NCBI GenBank assembly: GCA_000442015.1
Contig: KE561074.1
Span: forward strand, 1-60,658
Origin: Rozella allomycis CSF55
Taxonomy: Eukaryota
Direction: 5' to 3'
Length of the DNA stretch: 60,658 nt
Shown: positions 1-10,844 of the stretch, one piece after another
Layout: every line of letters starts with the position of its first letter
How positions within the stretch are numbered: position 1 is the stretch's first letter
Notes under the pieces: generated by a model
Told to the model about the DNA's origin: nothing
Database searches by the model: none
What the model saw: the letters and a program-made list of their open reading frames with translations, nothing else
Program-made: the position numbers and the translations under genes

Positions 1-527
1 AGATGGGTCGAGATTGGTTGTTAAACTGAATCAGAGCCACATCATTTTTCGCTCTTTATGACTTTTTGGGAAAACAAACAGGCAAGAATTCTTCAATTTG
101 CAATGTCGTCAAAGCAGCTTCAAGATAAAAACACATCTGTTATGCAATTTTTTACTTAGTGAAATAAATTTGTCCATCTTTTGTCTTTTGGCTTTTCAAA
201 TTTCAATGTTAATCCAACACAACTTTTTGGTTTTTGCAAAGTAACCCAACCATAATTTGAAGAGATGATTTTATTGTCTAATATTTCTTTTGGTTTCCTT
301 GTAAAGTCTGGACTCTGGATCGAGTAAATTGTCGCACTTAACAATAACAACATCTTTGGTGTTCATTTCTATTCGATACTCAAATTACGCGGTTACGGAT
401 AGGGCGATGTATTGCAAATATTTCGTTTGCGGTGTCATGATGTCATCGTTACTGGTGAAACTTTACAAAGGTCTCTCTTTATCTTTTAACAAAAGAAAAA
501 TATAATCTTTGCGACAATAATGTTTAT

Positions 528-2990
528 TCATTGATGCTTTAACTTTTCTATCGCCTTCCGGAGTTCCAACCTTTCATTTTCGCATTCTGCGTAATTGATT
601 TTAGTAGTGATTAGTTCTGTTTGAAATTCCTGCAATTCTTTGTTTAATTTAATATTTTCTTCTCTTAGATGATTAATGGTATCTTCTAATTTTGCAGCGC
701 CCCTTCCTTGCTCATGTGATTCGATGAGACATTTCAGTTGTTCCACTTGTTGATTGAGCATTCCGTTTTCATCTCTAAGATAAGAAACTTCTTGGTTTGA
801 TTTTTGAATCTGTTTTTGAATGTTGAGGTAAGCCTCTGAAAGATTGTCTTTATCAAATTTCATGGAGCTCAACTCCTTTGTTAAATTTTCTACCTGGTCT
901 TCCAATGACATAACTTTTTCTTGCAGTGGATTTGATTTATTTAAAAACTTTTCGTACTCTTTTGACAAATGTGAAAGTTTTTTTCGAGTTACTTTAAATT
1001 CTCTTGATAAATTTATTAGAGAGGAGAGATCATCCATGAAGATTTTGAAAGAAGATTGTTTTAAGAATTGAAGCAAATTATCAAAATTTAGTTTTAATAA
1101 AAGATTTTCATTCCCTTTTAAAACTGCCAAGCAAAGTTTAAAGAGGCTTGTGATCCCTTCCCCAAAGAAAACATCAAACATTCGATCCACTAATTCCAGG
1201 GGAAATCTGTATGTGAAAAATGTCATAAACCATTCAGAAGCATACATGGTTGATAAGACTCCTTCATCATTGAAATGTTTTGCTATCGATGGAAGATTTT
1301 CTACAATCAAACGATCCAGTTGGTATAAATTATGATGAAGACCCTCCAAACTTGGCTTATAAGTAGCACGCATTTCATAGTCCTCCATGTACTTGACTAG
1401 CAAACAGAACGATTCAGCTTCGGGCATCTAGTTTTGTTACATTGTGAAAGCTTTACGTGTAGTAGAAATAACCCTACAAGAAAGGTCAATCCTTGGCAGT
1501 ATCCAACCCTTTTATCGTACAATGAGTAACTTTTCATCACTCTGAAAAGAGCTTCTTGGCCATCACCGCCGGTAAAAAATTCGTGACTAGGAAATGTCCT
1601 CGTAATGTCTCTTCGTATCATTTTTTCATGAGGTGAAGATTCTTTGACTAATTGATGATAAATTTCTTCTAAATCTTCATTTTTTGCATTAGCTAGCAAT
1701 TGCCAAACCTTTTGAAATTTTAAGGCTATGATTTACTAAGCCACGTATTGGGTTTGGAATCCCCATTGACAATTTTTCTGCAACTTCATTTGTGTTATTT
1801 ACCATCAAACTTTCAGAATTCATCATAAAACGACCCCACCATTCAATGTCACCAAAATTGTCTTGTTTTTGAACAACATGTTGAAATGAATATCTATAAT
1901 GCTGAATAGCTCTCGGATCTTTCTCTAGAGTGTTATTAAGTTCTTCCATTCTCTCCATCAAAAATACGTCTGAAATAACATCATCGTCAGAAGACAATAA
2001 AGTCTCAGCATCAGAATTACGAGTATTGAACAATGGAATCACAGTAAAATGAATATCGTCAGCATTTAGGCTTAAAATATCACGCGACTCTGTTTCTTTT
2101 GGCAAGGGTAAATTTTCATACGAGCAAATTCTAGTCTCTGCTTCAAAAAAGCTTGTATTTTCGTTTCTACCTTCGTCTTCGTCGTTGCGGTTTACGAGGA
2201 CGTTCATTGAATTTGATCTAGCAATGTCTTCATCTTCAATCACAGGCGATTCATTTTGGTTGTTCTCTGTGTCGTCTGAAACATCCACCTCATTGTCATC
2301 GTTAACTTTCTCATCATTTTCATCAGCGAAGCTCGTTTCATCATTTTTGCTCTCTATTTTTCGATTCCCTTCATTTTCAAGTACCATATTATCACTTTCA
2401 CCTAAATTATCAGGTTGAATCTCTTGACTAATCAGGTCTCGCATGGATTCCAGTTTTGGTGAACGTTCCTTTAAACCAAATTCATCTTCAAAATCATTCC
2501 CCTGGTTTATATTTACTTCTTCTAACATGCCGCTTATAATATGACTTATATCAGAATTTGTAACAATCGCCGAATGATGCTTTCTATGATTTCTCACTTT
2601 GGCAGGTGGAGTCGAGACAAGCATCGACATTGTTTTTCTTTCCTTGTCTGCCTGATATTCTTTCTTTGTATTTACAATAGCCTTTTGCTTTTCCTCCTCA
2701 AATGCATTCATTAATTGTTGATGTTCCTTTTTTACGGAATTTGCTCGAGCTCGAATCAATTCTAATTCATCGCCAGACTTGCTATCCGCTTTTTTTCTTG
2801 GAGTATTTAGTGACGTATTGGTTAATGGGGAACTCATCTTTTCTTTATCTTTTAATCTGGTTCTTTTCATGGACGATATCGATGATCCCCTTTTCCTCTC
2901 GGTTTGCTCGGTTCCCTCGTCCTCACTAGAGGATACAGAAATAAATGATACTCTGGCGTGCTCTGGAATATTGTTCTTTTTCCTAGTCAT
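528..2990 (-). CDS. TBC-domain Rab GTPase-activating protein (EVI5/Gyp5-like) with acidic N-terminus and C-terminal coiled coil; 2 introns (1709-1736, 1428-1456)
   Basis: Spliced ORFs join as GIPNPIRGL|VWQLLANA...IRRDITRTFP...GYCQGLTFLVGLFLLH|MPEAESF...YASEWFMTFF, giving the TBC IxxDxxR and YxQ motifs. Introns are GT-AG, 28 and 29 nt. ATG taken at 2990 (MTRKK). Confidence 0.9.
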
Positions 2991-3540
2991 GTTTTTGACA
3001 AATAGTAAATAAGTAAATTTGAAAATATCTTGATTCACACACAAGGTTTATTCTTTTCATCGACCTTGGCTAATTTCGTTTTTGTTAGCATCCTGGGTTT
3101 CATAAAGGAATGTGGTATATTTGGCTGTAATCTTCTCTCAACAATGGTTGTAATATTCTCAGCGCCGGTATGCGAGGCCATGTGAATGGTTCTTGTAATA
3201 AAACTAAGATCTATTGCCTTTTGGTCTGCACTTTTGGCTGCATGTATATTTTACCTTTCGGGGATGATAATTCTTCATTGACTTGGTAAATGAATGGTGA
3301 GAGTGATTCTGATGCAAAATCTGTATCTTGGTACACGCTTGATTTTGCATTAATGGACTTGATCGCTTTGCTTTTCCAAAGAGAGTACCAGGTACGCTTG
3401 AAAACCCTGACAAAAAATAATCCTTTCAAATTGGACCAGAAATGTTTGGCGAAAATTGCCAAAGCATTGTAATGAGTGTAGTCATTCATAATTTAAGAAA
3501 ATAATTAACAAAGTTTAATTGAATCAGACGAATGGGTTTA

Positions 3541-5334
3541 TTACAAAGAAAATAACGTGACTAAAATCATAATCACATGCAGTCCGAGTAAAGAATACAT
3601 AAATCTTCTAGTGTGTTTTAAGCCTAAAAGGTAAGGTATTAAAGGCATGAACGAAAATGTATGGAAAAGCCAAGTAACTAATAATGGTGCCATAAATAAA
3701 AAAGGCATTGTGAACACACGCTGAAGAGTAATTGCCATATCAATAAGAGCAACACACGTCAAAGAGTAGGACATCAAGGTATAGCTTTCTAATGGCGACA
3801 CGTGGTAGATTTTAGGCATAAAGTAGAACAGAGTACCAGAAAACAACGCGATATTAAAGTTGCAAGTCAAATATACGAGACCATTTTCAATTAATAAATT
3901 TGTTGCCATTGATATAATTGCAGAAAATGTAAGAAGTGCAGCAATTACAGCGCTTTCATGATCATTCCAAGAGATCTCTTCTTTAATCTTTTTGCTTCTA
4001 TATATTTCTATGCAAAGTTTTATAAAAAGAACAAAGAGAATCATTCCGACAAACGATCCCCAATGATATGTCCATGTAACTTTATGACCAATTGTGGCAT
4101 TCACTGCACTGTAACTGTGGATGTTGAACAGAAAAGTTGATAAAAGGGAGAAGATGGGGAAAAGTACGCACAACGTAAGATAAATTATGTACTTTCCAAA
4201 GCCAAACTTTGTTTTCTTCCATAATACACCCACCAAAGATAAAGACAGGCACCCGAAAACCAAGGCAAGTGTGGTTTTCACTTCAACAGCATATACTGCA
4301 GCAGTATCACCTAGAAAATCATAATATGTTAAATTCTTCGGATCGCTTTCATTTGATACAGTGCCTTCTTCAAATATCAAATGCTTAGTAAACTTGTAAA
4401 CATTAGAACCCATATGTTGAACAGAACCGGAAGAAATATTTTCTAGAGAGTCATTCTCAGTATGATAATGAATTCTTCCTTCGTAAAATGCGATATCTAC
4501 GCACTCTCTAGCCTCCCATGTGGATCCCATCTTTCCCATCTTGGCCGCATAAACTTCGTAATCGGTGTAACTTCCAAGCCTTTGCATAACAATTTCACCA
4601 AAAATATTCATATGTGGATACGGAGCAACCTGAGCATATGCAGCGGCCATACTAAATGAGTTTGTACGGAAAAGAATGGCCCGTCCTCCAGTACCACCCC
4701 CTTCTAAATTAATTACTCTAGTGACTCTTTCGTAAACTGTCTGATTCACCATCCATTTAGATCCTCGGAGTCCAATCTCTTCTCCGTTATTTAAGAATAT
4801 CATCAATGACTTTTTTGGCTTTTTCCCACCACGAATGACTTTGCGCATAACTTCAAGAGCCACAGTAACTCCTGCCCCATTATCACTAGCGCCGAAGGAT
4901 TTCTCAACGGAGTCATAATGCGCAGATATCATTATAGTATCTTTGGTTTGTCCTTCTAGCAATCCAAAAATTTGTCCAGGTATTTCACTTTCATCTTCAT
5001 TATCTGGGGTGAGCTTAGGCTGCTTATTATACATAACTGTCATTGAAAGCCCAAGTTTCTTAGCTTCACTAGAAAGGTGTAGCAACTTTTCTTGGATAAA
5101 AAGAAACACGGCCAAGTTATGTTCACTACCGACATGGTGAAAGTCGGAAGCGATAAATTTTAGATCTTCATATGCGAGAATACCGGAAAACTCATCGTTC
5201 ATATCAGCTTCTTCTTTAGAAAGGGCCGTAGGAAGTCGGTCTCTTAAACAAACAACAAGTGCAAAAATAAATCCCAAAAACAGAGCCAGAATTAAATGTG
5301 CCCTATATTTTTTAACCTCCACTTGGATTGTCAT
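3541..5334 (-). CDS. M28-family multi-pass membrane metallopeptidase (ERMP1/Pff1-like), intronless
   Basis: SAHYDS, GASDNGAG, NNGEEIGLRGS, INLEGGG and YHT zinc-ligand motifs; one N-terminal TM plus a C-terminal TM bundle; ATG at 5334. Confidence 0.9.
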   Translation of the reverse strand: MTIQVEVKKYRAHLILALFLGFIFALVVCLRDRLPTALSKEEADMNDEFSGILAYEDLKFIASDFHHVGSEHNLAVFLFIQEKLLHLSSEAKKLGLSMTVMYNKQPKLTPDNEDESEIPGQIFGLLEGQTKDTIMISAHYDSVEKSFGASDNGAGVTVALEVMRKVIRGGKKPKKSLMIFLNNGEEIGLRGSKWMVNQTVYERVTRVINLEGGGTGGRAILFRTNSFSMAAAYAQVAPYPHMNIFGEIVMQRLGSYTDYEVYAAKMGKMGSTWEARECVDIAFYEGRIHYHTENDSLENISSGSVQHMGSNVYKFTKHLIFEEGTVSNESDPKNLTYYDFLGDTAAVYAVEVKTTLALVFGCLSLSLVGVLWKKTKFGFGKYIIYLTLCVLFPIFSLLSTFLFNIHSYSAVNATIGHKVTWTYHWGSFVGMILFVLFIKLCIEIYRSKKIKEEISWNDHESAVIAALLTFSAIISMATNLLIENGLVYLTCNFNIALFSGTLFYFMPKIYHVSPLESYTLMSYSLTCVALIDMAITLQRVFTMPFLFMAPLLVTWLFHTFSFMPLIPYLLGLKHTRRFMYSLLGLHVIMILVTLFSL

Positions 5335-5574
5335 GGAAAAGTTTTGACAAAAAAGTATAAGCCAAGACCAGGGTGCCACAATACGTCTATATATAGTAGC
5401 AAAATTTTCTAAATAGAAAATAGAATAATTTTTCGTCGAATAGGTGATCAAACATACCAGTCACCACTACCAGACTTCCCATAATAGTAGCATTAATAAG
5501 CATTCATCCCTGATCCCTTTTCTCAGTTTTTTTGCCAAAATTAAGAAAACAATATCTTTTAAAAAGGTGGTAAT

Positions 5575-5874
5575 TTTATTCTTTTCTGGGCATTTCTTTT
5601 GGTATACCATCAGGCCGACTTTTGTTCCCCTCAATAACTTCAGTCAATTTGTCAGTAATCCTCTTTCCCTTGTTATCTATCTTATTCGAAATTAGGTATT
5701 ACCACTATGTTTGTCACCCGGCTCAGGGACTATTCCATAAAGAGAAGGTGACATTGTCTCCTCGGCAAAGTCATCACTGACTCTGGATTTTGTGTCACCA
5801 CTAAAATATAGTCTAGAAACCGTGCCCACAACAGGCTTATGCCTGACTATCCTTATTCTATTGATGCGCTTCAT
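5575..5874 (-). CDS. Small hypothetical protein (~90 aa), probably with one 26-nt intron; basic N-terminus resembles a mitochondrial presequence
   Basis: ORF MKRINRIRIVRHK...; removing gtaatacctaatttcgaataagatag extends the frame to ...DNKGKRITDKLTEVIEGNKSRPDGIPKEMPRKE*. No recognisable family. Confidence 0.3.
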
Positions 5875-5999
5875 TATCTAATTTCGGGAGAAAAGTCTAC
5901 TTTTTAAATCAGATGAGATTGATTGATGATCCTATTTTTGGCCGAGCTAAAAATGACCCTTGAAATGTATCGTAACAACCTCCTTGTTTCATCCGCAAG

Positions 6000-6890
6000 A
6001 TGAAAAACAACCAAGAGCGTATTTCAAGACTACCCATTCCAGTATTTCCTCAATCTCATTCTCCTCCTATAAGGTCAACCTCTCTTCCAACATTATCATC
6101 TACTTGGGAGCCTACAAGCTATTCTTTAAATTTAGTGAATGAGAGACCCAACCACAAAGAAAGACCTTTGCCCAAAACCCCAAAGTCAGCCAATAGCGTA
6201 ATTACGCATTACATGAAGCCGATTTCCAAAGTAGACCCGATTGAGCTCAAGGTTCACACAGCGTCTGAAGATCTGGGTTTTGACGGGGTGTTTATTCCTA
6301 ACATTATATCTACTAAAGATAAGGAAAAGAAGAAGATTTCCGACTTGAAAAGTAGCCGGAAGTTATCCAAATCCGAAAGAAATTTGACAATCTTTTCCAA
6401 AATAGACAAATTTACAAGTAAGAAGAGATGGGTCACTAGAGACTTTACTTTTGATTCTGATAATGGAATAGTATGTTACTCTAAAGAAAAGATGACGTTT
6501 TTCCCAAAGCTAGACATGGAAGATGAATTAGTAAAACAGAAAATACATCCACGAATTTTGGAAGCGCTTGTTAAACGCAACGTACCACCAGAGTATTGGA
6601 AGTGTTGTGTTATATCTCCTTACTGCATAAAGGTTCCTAAATGGATCTTGGGAAAGGGAGATGTGAAAGCCATACAAGTTTTCAGCGTTGGATGCGGACA
6701 ATGGATGTATATCCAAGCGGAGGAAATTGACTGCATCAGAAAAAATCCAGAATACTTTAAAAAGTTTAGCTTTGACCTATCGCCATTTACAGTGATTGTC
6801 GAAACCGCCAACAAAAAGCATTTGTTAAAATTCAAGACTCGAAACGAATTTACCGCATGGGTTTACGCTCTTTGCACAATGGTCATTTAA
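6000..6890 (+). CDS. Hypothetical protein with Pro/Ser-rich N-terminus and probable (insert-containing) PH domain
   Basis: 296-aa ORF. KKRWVTRDFTFD...IVCYSK resembles PH beta1-3; FTVIVET...LLKFKTRNEFTAWVYAL resembles PH beta6-7 plus the terminal Trp helix. Confidence 0.5.
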   Translation: MKNNQERISRLPIPVFPQSHSPPIRSTSLPTLSSTWEPTSYSLNLVNERPNHKERPLPKTPKSANSVITHYMKPISKVDPIELKVHTASEDLGFDGVFIPNIISTKDKEKKKISDLKSSRKLSKSERNLTIFSKIDKFTSKKRWVTRDFTFDSDNGIVCYSKEKMTFFPKLDMEDELVKQKIHPRILEALVKRNVPPEYWKCCVISPYCIKVPKWILGKGDVKAIQVFSVGCGQWMYIQAEEIDCIRKNPEYFKKFSFDLSPFTVIVETANKKHLLKFKTRNEFTAWVYALCTMVI

Positions 6891-7008
6891 TTTCTGCAGT
6901 ATACGTTTATATAAATAAATAATTTCGAGTTTTAATTCTGAAGTAAGGCATTGAATCCATTGATACATGCTTCTTTATTAAATACATTGTTAATTTTCAA
7001 ACGGGAAA

Positions 7009-7725
7009 TTAGCTAGTTTCAACATAAATCTCCATCTATTTGTTCACACTAGTCAAATTTACTTTAAAATTTTCAGTATTTAATGTCTTTATAGGCAATA
7101 TTTTCTGATTGCCATTATTCCCAGGTATATGATTTTCATCTGCCAAAACCCACTTCATCAATAAAATCAAGCACACATACCGACTGATTTGAGCTAGAAA
7201 CCTGCGTACTATCGTCATCATCAACTTCAACCGCCACACAAAACGTGATATCTTTGTAATCAATCAAGTACACCTACTTTGATCTTTCAAAGACGGCAAC
7301 ATTGAATCGCAAGTCCCGAGTTTCACCAAAAACGATCTAAAATACGCATCAATATCATCAACTTCATCGAGAAGCCTATTACAAACCATAAATAAGCTCT
7401 ACCCGTGGATCTGAAACACGAATTTTTCAATCGGCGTGTTGGTGTCTTGGTCTAAAACTACTAGAACCAATTTCCGCAGCTTGGAATCGTGTAGCCATGG
7501 CTCAAGAGCTAGCAGAATTGATAAAACGTATTGGTTTAGCTCTGGATGTCGGCTCATGTATACTGGAACCTATTTTTGATACTGGTTGACTTTACGTGAT
7601 ATTTTTTTCGTTTCTGAAATAGATCTGTGTTTGGATAAATTTATTTGGTTACTTTGTGGATATATTTGACGAACGTATAGCAGTGTATGAATAACTGTTT
7701 CGAAAAAATCGTTGAGCCAGTGCAT
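7009..7725 (-). CDS. REV7: HORMA-domain DNA polymerase zeta accessory subunit Rev7/MAD2L2, multi-intron
   Basis: Manual splicing gives MHWLNDFFETVIHTLLYVRQIYPQ|NLFQKRKKYH|VPVYMSRHPELNQYV...PIEKFVF...LPIKTLNTENFK|MEIYVETS*. The LYxRxIYP, VPVxMSRHPEL and ExFVF motifs are characteristic of Rev7. Confidence 0.85.
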
Positions 7726-8039
7726 TAGTAAATTCGAAAATTAAATGTTCAAATGAGTAGATATGAAACATATTTAATGTAAACCTATGAACTATCAACA
7801 ATTTAACATTTATCAATATATTGACTTTTCAATCTTCCAAGCCGATTGAAATCGCCATCTCAAATTTTCCACATAATCATTAGCGTAACATGTATAACAA
7901 CAAGTCCACAACCAGCAGAAGCCACCAACAATTTCCAAAATTCAAGAAAAATTGTGGCGCCAACTAAAGTGTGACGTATGATCGACCCCTGCATTCCCGA
8001 CAACTATAAAGCGTGGACCCTGGCGCAACAAACAAAAAA

Positions 8040-10717
8040 ATGAGCGAGTAAGCGACCGTATGAAAGACAATTAGCGTGACCTTGCGGCGTTGGATGATGA
8101 ATTCGTATTCACGCGAGTGTATAGTTCTGCTTGACGAGCAGGCGAGCAATGAATCAGAGCTGTGCGAGTATATTGTGCGTAAGCATTCTGGCTCGAAGCT
8201 GTATGATGTGAACCGGGCGGGTGATGGATATGGTAAGGGGATGGGGAGTATATTGTAGAAATGCGCGTTGGTTGTGACCGTGGGATACTGAGTGCTGATC
8301 GGGAGATTGTGGATATGAAGAGTATTATGAATGATGTTGGAGCGCAGGAGGTGCATATGGTGGATGGCAGGGCGTTTCCGATGGTTGAGATTGTTACTGT
8401 GGAGGATAGGAGGGATAGGATGCATGATAGTCCGTTTGGATTTGAATATAGGTTTGAGAGTCCGTTTGAGGCAAAGGAGGTGGAGAAGAAGGAGAGATGT
8501 GAGTTGGAAAAGTATGTGGTGAGTGATGGGAGCAGATGGATTTGCTTGAAGATGAATTGCAGAGGCGGAGAAGGGATGAATGGAGTGGAGTATGTAAAGG
8601 TAAGATGTTAGATGGATTTGAATAGAAATTGCTGGTGCATTTGAAGGATGAGATTAAGGGGATGATATTGGATTTTATGAATGATGGATATATGATAGTT
8701 GTTATGTATAATAAGCATGTTGCGAGTTCAGTGCAGAGTTATATAAGAGGGGTGATTAGTCACCGGATCCCTGTATTAAATCAGAGTAAGTAAATATGGG
8801 AAAAAAGAAGTAGACTGTGATCAAATGATACAAGGCTGTTTTATGGTAGAAAAAGAGGGAATAATTAGAGTAATTAATAGATAGACGAGTGATAGGAGTA
8901 TGGAGGCCATCCCCGAGAGTATGTTAGCTGGGAGGGAGACAAGTATGACGACTATGGCGAGAGGAGGGAGATATTGATAACGCTGAATCCAATGTGTAAG
9001 AAGCGAGCGACGTTGGAGCGAATAGAGGTAAGAGTGGTGGGATGGCAACGTGGTAGTCAAGCGTTGACATTTTGCAAGGCCGAATATATTCGCCACTTTG
9101 CAGGAATAGTAGCAGTTACAAGAGAGAAATATTTGTTAGTAGTAAATATACCTTGCAAGTGAGAATGACGTTTGATGATGAAAGAGCGGCGCAGTTACAA
9201 AAAAGCATGTTGGAAAAAGAAGAGTTTTCTGTAAGAGTTTATGTGAAATAATAAATAGGATGCGATAGTTAAAGTAGAATTTGAAGAGAATTTGATAGAT
9301 TTGAAGAGAGAAGAGGAAGGAGTTGTAAAAGAAGTTGTAGTGGGCGTTGAACCAGTACAAGTGCAAGTTGAACAGACGCAAGTACAAGTTGAACATTTTG
9401 AGAATGAAAATGAAAGTTTTAAATTTAAAAGAGATTTTGATTTCAAAGAAGGATTGTTTGAAGAAAGATTCAAAGGATTAGAAATAAATGAAGAGCCATT
9501 TTTGTTATTTAAAAGTGACAATTCAGCGTCACTGATTTCACTTCAGAAAGCAAAGAAAGAATCCAAGAATCAATACAATGATATTTTGAATAGAGAAGAA
9601 ATGAATCTTTTAAATCACATTCCAACTTGTTTCCATTCATCATTCCATTTAGAAGAAAATTCATCTTTTACTGATAGTGATGTTTGGTCTAAAAGTCCAA
9701 AGAAGGAAGAAGATTTGATTTTTCTTGATGATTCTCTAGTTAAAAGTTTTGAAAAAATTATGGATGATGAAGAAGAAATTTCTTATGCTAAAAAAGTTAA
9801 AGAAAACATAAAAAAGCAAGAAGCCTCATTCAATTCAACAATTGGTTCAACAATAGGTACAATGAATTCTGCGATGAGTTCTAACACAAATCCACTAAGT
9901 TCTCACCACTTAACTTCTACTAGTCATTCTGCTACCTCACTGTCGCCTACTTTGAATAATAATTTAGAAACTTCTTGTTCAAATTTTAAATCTTTTCAAG
10001 AATTTAGTCCATTTAATGATTCAATGATTTATTCACCTCCAAAACAATTTAAATCTTCTAATAAATATAAACAACCCAATGAAGTAGATTTATGGTCTAT
10101 TGAAAAGGGAATTGACACTAGAACTACTTGCATGATCAGAAACATTCCAAACAAATACACCCAAGTACAAATTATATTCTCTTTTAATTAAAGCAAATGT
10201 TGATTGAATTTATAAATGAAACCCATGCTAAAACTTATGATTTTCTATATCTCAGAATGGACTTTAAAAATAGATGCAACGTTGGTTATGCATTTATTAA
10301 TTTTATAGATCCAAAGTATTTTTTCATTTTATTTTTTATTTTTTAGATTTATAGTTTCATTTGCAGACCGAGTGTGTGGCAAGAAATGGACTAAATTCAA
10401 CAGCGACAAAATTTGTTCTCTTTCTTATGCAAACATTCAAGGAAAAAATTCTTTAATTGAAAAATTCAGAAACTCAAAGTATTTTATTCTCTTTTCTTTC
10501 ATCAAGTGTAATGGAAGAAGAACCTTCTTACAGGCCAAAGATCTTCTATTCATCTGGGCCCATGCAAGGCCTCGAAGAACCTTTTCCCCTTCCCAACAAC
10601 AATAGAAATAGGCAACAATTCTCGCCTAGATTCAAAGATAACACACTAGGTTTTGATCCTTTTGCGATGGATTCTACTCTACCATGTTGGTTCAACAAGA
10701 GTAGAAAGAAGCACTGA
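8040..10717 (+). CDS. mei2: Mei2-like RNA-binding protein (C-terminal Mei2-type RRM3; divergent N-terminal half), about 10 tiny introns
   Basis: [28 protein letters not shown]...[23 protein letters not shown] is the Mei2 RRM3 signature. An open frame can be traced from ATG 8040 through successive 26-29 nt GT-AG introns into the 9292 ORF. Confidence 0.85.
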
Positions 10718-10844
10718 TTTTGGTTTACATGTTAATAAAGTCCTCTTTTAAAAAGTTATTCTTTTTGATTTTAATTCTAATTGAACTATTTAAATCAATA
10801 ATTCTAAATCTAAGTCAATAATTTTAAATCTTTCGAATTCTCCG

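Noticed and set aside
1-450. Short minus-strand ORFs at the left edge (and 60240-60494 at the right edge)
   Set aside because: No recognisable product or consistent exon chain within the window.
3040-3489. Possible small gene between the TBC and M28 genes
   Set aside because: Several short frames on both strands; no convincing splice model or motif.
8040-9290. G-rich, stop-riddled region that looks like a pseudogene, foreign DNA or an alternative genetic code
   Set aside because: All stops fall within 26-29 nt GT-AG introns; a continuous standard-code frame joins the Mei2 RRM3 exons.
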